From positions 620,001-684,000 of the forward strand of contig JANHCV010000005.1 in assembly GCA_025594325.1 (NCBI GenBank): DNA of 64,000 bases, read 5' to 3'. Shown here in pieces: positions 24,912 through 33,564 of this stretch. The position numbers and the translations under genes are program-made. Source of the DNA: Blastocladiella emersonii ATCC 22665. Its lineage: Eukaryota > Fungi > Blastocladiomycota. Each line of letters starts with the position of its first letter. Position 1 is the stretch's first letter. The notes beneath the pieces are model-generated. The model was not told the origin of the DNA. It did no database searches and saw only the letters and a list, made by a program, of their open reading frames with translations.

Positions 24912-26022
24912 ATGGGTCGCACTTAGCTCCACTCTGCCCAGCGCCAGGCCGTGCACCAGCACCAGGCCCAGGAGCAACAACAACAACGCGCCCACTGCGA
25001 AGCAGCAGCAGCAGCTCAAGGCCGCGGCGCCTGCTCAGCCGCAGCAGCAGCAGACCCGTGTCCATCCGCCGCAGCTCAAGCAGGCTGCCCCCGCCGCCGC
25101 CGCTCAGCAGCAGAAGCAGGCCCTGCAGCAGGCCCGCGCGCAGTCGGCTCAGCCCAAGCAGGCCGCTGCGTCCATTGCTCCTCAGCAGCAGCTCAAGGCC
25201 GCGGCGCCCGCTAAGCAGCAGCCGCAGGCTCGCGCTCAGCCTCCGCAGCTCAAGCAGCAGCAGCAGGCTGGCACCCAGTCGGCGGCCGCCGCGCAGGTGT
25301 ACCGCGCCACGCCCGTCCGCGAGCATCCCGACGACGCGTTCCTCTCGGGCGCGTGGATGTTTGACGAGGCCCGCGTCCCGCAGTGGATGGCGCCGCAGCT
25401 GCCCAAGGCCCAGCAGCAGCAGCAGGCCCGCGCCGCTCAGCCCACCGCTGCTGCTCGCGCCCAGTCGCCTCAGCAGCAGCAGCGCAAGCAGGCCGCTCCC
25501 GCTGCCGCCGCCACGCCTGCGAAGCAGCAGCAGGCCGCCCGCGCTTAACTCCCGCGCAACACCGCTGCCGTGATCCCCGTTGGCGCGGTGCGCGCCAAGA
25601 ACGCGTCGGCCGACGACGCCTTCTTCTCGGGCTCGTGGCTCTTTGACTCGGCCGCCGCGCCGCAGTGGTTCCAGTCGCAGCTGCCCGCTCCCAAGGCCCA
25701 GCAGGCGCAGCCCCAGCCCCAGCAGCTGCCTCAGCAGCTCAAGCAGCAGGCCACCGCTCCTCGCGCGCAGTCGGCTCAGATCAAGCAGGCTGCCTCCCCG
25801 ACTCAGCAGCAGCAGCAGACCCGTGTCCAGTCGCCGCAGCTCAAGCAGGCTACCCCCGCCGCCGCCGCTCAGCAGCAGAAGCAGGCCCCGCAGCAGGCCC
25901 GCGCGCAGTCGCCGCAGCTCAAGCAGGCCGCCCCTGCTCCGCAGCAGCAGAAGCATCAGACCCAGAAGCAGCAGGACCAGCGCCGCCCACAGTCGCCGAC
26001 CCGCGGCAACAAGCGCGCGTAG
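24912..26022 (+). pseudogene. Gln/Ala-rich repeat protein gene with two DDAF.SG.W.FD...PQW..QLP motifs, disrupted
   Basis: ATG 24912 MGRT*(TAG 24924)LHSAQRQAVHQHQAQEQQQQ, a frameshift in the (CAA)n run, a Q/A repeat ORF to an in-frame TAA (25546-25548), then continuation in the same frame to 26022. Confidence 0.7.
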
Positions 26023-27220
26023 CGGCCTCAACGCGTAACGATACCCTTGGCACGCATCGCGAGGAGCGAAATCGGCTCTCCACGATGATTGTGCTATCAA
26101 TAAATGCTTTCTCTAACCTTTCACGTATCGGAGAATCGGTGGACGCGTCGCGATATCATGTGGCGGCCAAGTGACGCGGCGGAGACAGTTTCGTTCGCGC
26201 CGCGAAGCGACCATCGTCGTCGGCTGCCTTGACCGTTCCTCTCACCGCTCACCACCACTCGCCATGAATCCGATGAACGAATCGATGCCATGTAATCACG
26301 CGATGACGTTGACTTGCTGCATTATGGCTCTCGCGCGTCCAAGTTCTTCTCGGCCGAACCGCACTGCACTGCACCCGCTCGAACGAAGCAAGCGGGCGGG
26401 GCCTCGTGCCAGGTCGACCCTCTCCAATGGTCGACTCGAATATAATCGACCCGACGGCGATGAGTTGCCCTTGAACCAGAAAGATGTGCGTCTCGAACGA
26501 CCGACTTGGTGCTTGGTGCCGTTGCCGCCCCAGAACGATCATCAAACACACTTTGCCGGTGATCCTAGTGAGTCTTGAAGTTGTTTCCAAACTGCGTTTC
26601 TCGAACTGCAGCCGTGATTGCGACAAGGGGGATGGAAACCTAGAGGATCTGTCTCAATTAGCGCGCTGTCCGTGCTGATGTGCTTGCATCAGCTGGTGTC
26701 GCCACCCTTGGTGCACAGTTGTCGGTGATCCCCGAGGTACGGGCGGGGCGGCAGCCTGCGCGGAATCATCGTCCAAGCGTGCCTGGCCATGCTTTGGCCG
26801 CGACCCGGCCCGCGGCGCGGACCAAGCAGCGGTTAGTGAATACGACCGCAGGCAGGTTGTATGCAGCCCAGTTGGCCGGGTCACGCACGGGTGGTCACCT
26901 TGCCAAGCGCGTGGATCAGGAACTAGTGCCCGCGTTCGACGACTCTGTAGGCGCCCGGGTTGTATCGCGTTGTGCGCGTTACCTGGCACCCGCGTAGGCC
27001 GGCCTGGTATTAGCGAAGCGACTTTTCATGCGATATTTGGGAGCTCTCAATTCAAGTTCAAGCCTGGCTCGACGCGACGCGCCACTCGCGTGATGTGGCG
27101 CCGCCACAGCGAAGGTCTGAGTGCGCTCACACGAGATCGGCAGAAACTTACTATAGTGGCACAAGTTTTAACCTCTGATAGTTAGGTCGTATACCATCAT
27201 GTGAACGAATGATGTGACAT

Positions 27221-28003
27221 TCACAGATCAAGTGAAACGAACTTGGATAGCTGCGGTGCCGCGCGTGTAAGTTCCTGGCGAGCCCACTCTGGGAGGACCA
27301 CTTGGTCAGTTCCCTTGAAAAGGTCGCGGACGAGATGTTGGAGTTCATCAACACTTTTAATCTTGTCCAGCGCGCCGTTGGGCACAATTGTCAGGACGGC
27401 AGGAGGTAGAGAACCTCTCCCCACCTTGTCCCGGAGACAGCGAAACGTTTCGCGCGAGTCGATTTGGACGAAGATGCGGAGAACGAGACGTGCTGATTCC
27501 AGATACTTGCACGTAGGATGATTGTTTGGGTGTTCGCCGCCGACTCCAAAAAGCGAGCAAAGTCGTGACCAGGTATTGCGATCAGGGGTGATGTAGTACT
27601 CGGGGTGCGATGCCTTGCACATTTTCCACAGCACAAGGACGAGGTCACGCCAGACTCGCTGCGTCATTATTGGACACTCGCGGCAAATCGTTTTGCTCGA
27701 GTCGCCAAAGTAGTGGAAGCGCTGCGTTGCGCCTGCGGCCAGCTCGAGTTGACCAAGGGCCTGGATCACAACATCAAGGAAGAGGTATTCCTTCCCAGAC
27801 GCCGAAATGTTACGTAAAAGCTCCTGTTTGGCGGAGGGTGTCGCGAAAGCACTCGTAAGAAGCCACATCACGTCGATTGCAGTCGTGGGGCAGTCGAGCA
27901 GGTCCTCAGGAACCATGAGATCGCCTTCGTTGAAGAGAAAGTCTGACTGCCACTTGTCAGGTCTCGGTGCGACATTTTGGCGAAACGCATTGATGAAATC
28001 GTA
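27221..28003 (-). pseudogene. 5'-truncated member of uncharacterised 'family X' (paralog of the Fanzor N-terminal domain)
   Basis: Open frame from just after TAA (28004-28006): YDFINAF...MVPEDLL...CRECP...W..LC..F...EH...C...KVGRGSLPPAVLTIVPNGALD...EWA. This aligns by eye to the region upstream of the Fanzor nuclease domain. It could be expressed from the internal ATG at 27916. Confidence 0.6.
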
Positions 28004-28210
28004 TTAATCAACTATGACTAAAAAAACCTACGATAATCCCTACCAGACAATGGTTCGGGGACAGACTTCGATGGCCCAGCACAGGTGCAGCCTGGTTGGG
28101 ACCACCACCTTGAGGGGCTCCGCGGACCAAGTCCTTGGAGGCGAGCGTGCAAAGTACCAATCAGTGCACACCCGCACAAACCCCCCACACTGGCGGATAG
28201 TGAAGCCCGT
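28004..28210 (-). ncRNA. Candidate Fanzor omega-RNA scaffold (structured noncoding tract 3' of the nuclease ORF)
   Basis: Three hairpins on the minus strand: GCGGGTGTGCA/TGCACGCTCGC (11 bp with 2 G-U; 28141-28175), CTCC-AA-GGAC-TTG-GTCC-GC-GGAG (28118-28140) and CCCAACCAGG/CCTGTGCTGGG (28075-28100). A T7 tract lies at 28020-28026. The position matches known TnpB/Fanzor RNAs. Function is inferred. Confidence 0.5.
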
Positions 28211-30463
28211 CTACACCGTAGAAGGAGCGGCGGCAGGATCGTCGACGAGCACCAGCTTGTCGAGGTTCATGCACAGGATGTTGAGCGCCGCGTTGGTGTC
28301 GCGCTGGCGCTGGTCGCGGCACGCCGACGCGCACATGAGCGTCGCGTGCGGGGCCGACGGCGGGTGGACCATGTCGCAGTCGCCGTTCTTGGCCTCGTTG
28401 GGGCGCGCGAACGCGCACACGGCGCACCGTTTCGACGAGTAGTTCTCGTTGACGAGGTACACGTCGACTCGGCGCCGGCGGAGGTTCTTGACCATCTCGA
28501 CGATGGGCCCACGCGGCCCAGCCGAGATGATGCCGAAGTTGCCAAAGTTGCGGCCAACGAGCACGACCGCGTCCTTGAGCTCGAGGGCGAGGTCGTCCCA
28601 CCACTGGCGGCGAGAACACTCGGCGAAGAACTTGAGGCGTGCCACGCGACGGTCGAGCGCGTAGTCCAGGTACCGAGGCAGCACCTTGGTCATGACTGAC
28701 GTGTAGTTGCCGAGGTCACCCGACGCGCGCGCCCGCGAGAGCGCCGCGTCGAGCGCGGGAAGTCCACGTCTTGCGCGCCACATCTTCGTGCGTCGAGTCA
28801 GCAGGTAGGTCCGCACCTCGTGGTGGAAGTGACGGCTGCTGCACGAGCGGAAGAGAGCGCGCGACTTGGCGAGGAGGTGCACCCGTTGGCGCACGTACTC
28901 GGCCACGTCGGTCTTGTACTGCGGGTCGTTGATCGTGAGCGAGAACTCGACGAGCGACTTGAGGTACTTGAGGGCCTCGATGATCTTGGTGGTGGCGATG
29001 AAGGCGACGTACTGGTTCTTGACGCCGGGGTCCATGACAACGACAAGCTGGCCAACGCGGACCTCGATCAGGCCCAGGTGGATCTTCATGCCGGCGTCAG
29101 GGCCGTCGGGCGGGGCGGGCTCGGTGGCGAGCGGCTGCATGAGCGGGTCGAAGGCGACGTAGTCTGGGTCGGTCTCGAGCGGGACGCGCTTCTTGGCCGT
29201 CGCGCGAGGGCGGCCCGTGGCGACACCCTGGGTCTTGGGGCGGATGCCGTTGAGGTAGTCGGTGACGCGGACCGCGTACCCGTCCGTCTTGATCTCGCCA
29301 TTGAACTTGTTGACGAGCGACCCGTCGGGCACCTTGCGGTAGACGACCTTCTGCTTGAGCACCTCGGACGCCGACCACAGGATGCGGTCCCACGTCTCCT
29401 TGGCCACCTCGGCCTTCCCGAGGTTCTTGAACTTGCGCCGGCCGTCAACGTCGACGAACACCTTCTCGGCCGACCCTGGCGACTTGCGCGCGAGCTCGAC
29501 GCCGTGGTACTTGAGCAGGTAGTGGAGCCCGATCATGCTCACGGGGACGAAGCGGCGGTGCAGGTCGAGGACGGGGGCGAGCTGGACCTCGGGGAAGTTG
29601 GGCGACACCAGACCGCGCTCCTTGTACGACTTGAGCAGGTCGCGCATGCGGAGCAGGTTCGTGTACACGTTGGCCGTGAACGAGACGCGGGCCTCGTCGC
29701 GGATGCAGTACACGATGTCCCAGTACAGGGCCTTGCGGAACGACTTGGAGATCTTGTACTTGGACCCGTTGAGGATGGCGTCGTCAAGGAACTTGGCCGT
29801 CTTCTCGAGCCGCTCGCGGCGCTTGGCCTCGGTCTTGGCGTGCTTCTTGACGCGGCGGCTTGGTCTCGGCGTGCGCCCGGGGGTGGTCGGGGCGCCACAC
29901 GCACTGTTGGGGTTGCCGGTCGACGAGGTGCTGGTGCTTGTGGCCGGCGTCGGCGAGGTCGGTGCACAGGCAGGGCGAGGAGGAGCAGGGACGACACCGG
30001 TGATGTCGCCGTGGAACAGGATCGCCCAGTCCGAGTTCTTCGCGTCGCTCGGCCCAGCGCGGAGCTTGGAGATAAGATCTGCGAGCACCGCTGGTTCAGC
30101 AGGCCCATCCAGAGCGCCATCGGGGATCATTTGCGTGACGGCTCGCGGGAGGCCACTTGAGCTAACCTTGAGCTGGAACGCATCAAACACTCTCTGAGGA
30201 TCGCTCTCCAGGAGCAGACGCACGACGGGACGAGAGGAAGCAAACCGGCTGCACCGACGACCGTGAATGTGCTCGTGTCTGTCGATGAAGTACTTGCATA
30301 GTTTCTTCCATGGCTTCTCAACGGGTGGAAGTAGCCCGCTCAAGGGCGCGGGCGCACATTTCGTCCGCAATGCCTTGAGAAGCGAAGTCCAGAGATCTCG
30401 AAATGCGAGTGGACAATCAGTGCAGAGCGTCCCATGACGCTGCGAAGAGAAACGCAAGAGCAT
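28211..30463 (-). CDS. Fanzor1-type (TnpB-like) RNA-guided RuvC endonuclease with an extra N-terminal domain
   Basis: FNGEIKTDGYAVRV motif; RuvC-I VVVMDPG (D at 29030-29032); VLVGRNFG followed by relocated RuvC-II VYLVNENYSSK (E at 28445-28447); Zn finger CAVC...CASAC; RuvC-III RDTNAALNI (D at 28298-28300). The first in-frame ATG is at 30463 (750 aa). Confidence 0.88.
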   Translation of the reverse strand: MLLRFSSQRHGTLCTDCPLAFRDLWTSLLKALRTKCAPAPLSGLLPPVEKPWKKLCKYFIDRHEHIHGRRCSRFASSRPVVRLLLESDPQRVFDAFQLKVSSSGLPRAVTQMIPDGALDGPAEPAVLADLISKLRAGPSDAKNSDWAILFHGDITGVVPAPPRPACAPTSPTPATSTSTSSTGNPNSACGAPTTPGRTPRPSRRVKKHAKTEAKRRERLEKTAKFLDDAILNGSKYKISKSFRKALYWDIVYCIRDEARVSFTANVYTNLLRMRDLLKSYKERGLVSPNFPEVQLAPVLDLHRRFVPVSMIGLHYLLKYHGVELARKSPGSAEKVFVDVDGRRKFKNLGKAEVAKETWDRILWSASEVLKQKVVYRKVPDGSLVNKFNGEIKTDGYAVRVTDYLNGIRPKTQGVATGRPRATAKKRVPLETDPDYVAFDPLMQPLATEPAPPDGPDAGMKIHLGLIEVRVGQLVVVMDPGVKNQYVAFIATTKIIEALKYLKSLVEFSLTINDPQYKTDVAEYVRQRVHLLAKSRALFRSCSSRHFHHEVRTYLLTRRTKMWRARRGLPALDAALSRARASGDLGNYTSVMTKVLPRYLDYALDRRVARLKFFAECSRRQWWDDLALELKDAVVLVGRNFGNFGIISAGPRGPIVEMVKNLRRRRVDVYLVNENYSSKRCAVCAFARPNEAKNGDCDMVHPPSAPHATLMCASACRDQRQRDTNAALNILCMNLDKLVLVDDPAAAPSTV

Positions 30464-31417
30464 CGGCAAAGCGCGGCACGGGCTCGAACGCGCGCGCGTA
30501 ACTCTGGCGGTCAAATTCGAACGAATCTGCCGCGTCGCCGTTGAGGATCAAGTATCCCCAGTGCCTGCGGCGAAGTGGCATGTTGAGCTGCGGACGGCAA
30601 TGGAGCCGTTGCGGAATTCGGCCGTGGCCCGAATTTCGCGGCACGTGTCGCTAGCTGGCGTGAACACGCGACGCGTCGCCGCCGCCAGCTTGAGGGCTTG
30701 CCCGCGGCCTGCCACCCCTCTCGCTGCTCGCGCGATCCGGGCGACAGCGCAACCCCAGGCCCGAACTTTGAGGCCTCGTGTTGCGGTCGCGGCTGAAATG
30801 AGCGGGGTGTGACGGGCGTGGCAGGCCGCCGCCGTTGCAGCAAGTCAGCGGCGCCGCGCGTCTCGTGGACGCGCCAGCCAGCGACACGTGCCGCAGAATT
30901 CGGACCACGGCCGAATTCCGCAACGGCTCCAATGCGCGACGACGGCGTCGAGAAGCTGACGCGAAAGCTCCGTCCAGCAAGACGCGACGCTGCGGACGAT
31001 GAGGTGGACAAGCTTGACAGGATAGGTCGTATGCACGAGGTCATCTTCACCGTCACTGTCATCCTCACCGAACAGGTCACGCATTTCTGCATCCAAGTAC
31101 TGCGCCAGGCACCCGGGATCCGCGGCGCTGGTGCTAACGCGGCGGCACAGACCATTGATATACCCAAGCGGCAAAGTCGGCTGCTCGTTATTGAGTCGAT
31201 AAGCCAGCCGGTTGACACGGGAATGGGCCCAGACAAACTCGGCATGGTCGTCCCGGGCGAGCACGACGAGCGAAGTCGACGCTGCCGCGACCGCTGCGCG
31301 TGGAGTCGCGAGTTGAAGGACGACCGTCCCGACCTCGAGAGGAAGCCGATCAAGTCCATAATGCAGGCCGCCCGGATCGTTTTCATTAGATTGCATCGAG
31401 TTGAGCATTGTTTCCAT
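30417..31417 (-). pseudogene. N-terminal part of the family X-Fanzor fusion ORF, interrupted by the MITE and a 1-nt frameshift
   Basis: METMLNS (ATG 31417)...GYINGLCRRV...DLFGEDDSDGEDDL...LLDAVVAH|MITE|CRPQLNMPLRRRHWGYLILNG...LAFLFAASW. A +1 shift near the GGG at 30431-30433 joins it to TLCTDCP of the Fanzor ORF. Confidence 0.72.
30602..30930. mobile_element. MITE, 329 bp, ~75-bp TIRs starting GGAGCCGTTGCGGAATTCGG, 3-bp AAT target-site duplication
   Basis: Left arm 30602-30675 and right arm 30857-30930 are near-perfect reverse complements. AAT lies at 30599-30601 and 30931-30933. An inner inverted pair is cggcctgccac/gtggcaggccg. Excision restores a reading frame. Confidence 0.9.
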
Positions 31418-31634
31418 TGAGAGTGAACGTGTCCTCTCGGCAGGGAGGAGAGAAGCGGTGGTGCCAGTTGTCGGATCACGGTGGCCTCCGAAACTCAAGG
31501 CAACTTTCTCGTGTCCGAAGACGCGCCTCGTCCTTCGTATCCCGTCTTACGTCTCGTCCCGTACGTGGTTGGTACTATCGAGGAATGTACTGTATTACGC
31601 GTCGATCCGCCGTATCACAAGGAAGCAACTCGGT

Positions 31635-33345
31635 CTACTCCTCCTTGGCGCGGTACAGGAGCAGGTACGCGATGTGGCCGTCGGCCGAGGAGCCCGAGTT
31701 CTTGAGCACGTCGGCCTCGGTGACGGGCGACACCTTGTCGTCGTCGAACTTGAACCAGTCCTTGCCGTCCTTGGCCCACTACACGCGCAGCAGTCAAGGC
31801 GCAGGTCAGTTCGGGGTCGCGTTCGAGCTCGGCACCGCGGCACGAACACGTACGGCAATGTAGTGTCCGCTGTCCGACGACGCGCCGATATGGGTGAGCA
31901 CGGCGCACAGCTCGTAGACGCCCGACTTGTTGCACGTGGCGTCGGCCGCGAGGTCCGGGTGCGCGTTGCCGCCGTCGCGCTTGGCGCGGAGCTTGTCCTG
32001 GAGCTCGGGCGTGCAGTACTTGTACATGTCGAGCTCGGTCGAGTACGCCACGTTCTACACATCGTCCATCAGTCAGTCTTCGCCAACCACACCCGCCACT
32101 CCCAAAGCAACGTACACGGCGGATCTTGACACGCTGCTTGATATCGGCGCGCCAGAAGAAGCGGGCAAAGTGGATGGTGAGGTACTTTGGGAGCCGCGCG
32201 ACCTGCGCCTTGACCGTGTACGAGGCGGTGCGGCCAAGGGCGGCCGAGTTCTTCTCGAGCTTCTGCACGAGCGACTCGGCAATCGACTGCTGCACGTTGT
32301 TGACCTGGGCCGAGATGTGGCAGGTCATGCGGAGGTCCGAGGTCGCCGTGGTCGTCTCCATTTCGCCGGCCGCCGCCGCCGCCGGGTCGTCGCACGTCGT
32401 CGTGTTGGTGAACTCGACGCCCATGAGCTTTTCGAGCGAGGAGGACGAGTCCGCGGACGCCGCATCGCCAGCCTTGGGCGGTGCAACACCGGCCTTGACC
32501 GCCGTCAAGAGCTGGTTCCACGCCTCCTCGGCGTCCTGCTGCGCGTACTGCCCGGAGCGGGGCTCCTGCTGGGCGAACTGCGGGTAGGCGGTGCGGAAGG
32601 CGGCGAGAAAGGCGAGCGGGGGCACGGCGTCGTCGGTCGGGACGGGGGCGTTGAGCTGCTTGTAGAGGTCGCGCAAGGCGACGGCGACGTTGCCGATCGT
32701 GTCCTGCGAGTACTTGCGGTTGGCGTCGGCCTCGAGCGCGGCCTGCATCTCGCGGACCTGGCGCAGGCACTGCAGCGTCGCGTTCATGTAGCACGTGTTG
32801 CCGAGGTTGGTGAGGCCGACGGGCGCGCGCGTCAGGGTCGCCGACTGGCCCGGCTTCAGGTCCTCGATGAACGTCGGCTTGGTCTCGGGCGCCTTGGGCA
32901 GCTCGCCCACGGTGCCCATCATGAGGAACGACGCGCCCTACACACGAGTTGTATCAGCCGCTGGTCGCGCGTGTGCGTGCGTGAGAGCGCGAGTGGGGAC
33001 GTACATCCTTGAGCCCCTTGAACTTGGTCCACTCGTCGTCGTCCTTGACCTGCACGCCCTTGAGCAGCAGCTTCTGGCGGTCGGGCGACACGCCCGAGAG
33101 CGAGTACAGGACCGTCTTGAACACGATCGGCGGCTGCGACTCTGTGGGATGACTGGCGCGTCAGCGGGCGCCCTTCGTGTCGGGAGAACGAGGGCGTGCG
33201 TGCGTACCGTCGAGCTCGACGTCGTACTTTTGCGTCGTCCACTTGACAGAGACTACGGGGTGACGCGGTGGGTGGCGTGGTCGGTCAGCACCGTGGTCGC
33301 GATCGGCGTCGTTGCATGGTGAAGCGCTGCATGGTTACCCTTCAT
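31635..33345 (-). CDS. UBP6: Proteasome-associated deubiquitinase Ubp6/USP14 (multi-exon)
   Basis: Spliced UBL MKVSVKWTTQKYDVELD...FKTVLYSLSGVSPDRQKLLLKG; Cys box GLTNLGNTCYMNATLQCL; QQDAEE; His box THIGASSDSGHYIA; WFKFDDDKVS; HIAYLLLY. Confidence 0.95.
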
Positions 33346-33564
33346 GATGATTGCGTGGTGTAGGATCGCTTTCCGGAAGGGGGAGAGAGCGAGGCCAAGT
33401 CAGCGAGCTCGAGGGATCAGCGCGGCGTGAGAATCGAGTCGAAGGCGGGCGAACGGAGACAGACGCGTCACTCACGGCGCGCCACCACGTTGCGCTGCGC
33501 TGCGTTACGAAAAGGAACAGTGCATGTTTTTGCCTCTATAAAATCTCCCCAACCCTCATCACTA

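Noticed and set aside
26390-26480. IIFESTIGEG resembling kinase subdomain I
   Set aside because: No VAVK, HRD or DFG motifs follow in any frame.
31565-31585. Possible left-end TIR for the Fanzor element (tggtactatcgagg vs the reverse complement of 28027-28045)
   Set aside because: It needs several gaps, lies in the UBP6 3' region and has no matching TSD, so it is likely chance. The element's left boundary remains undefined.
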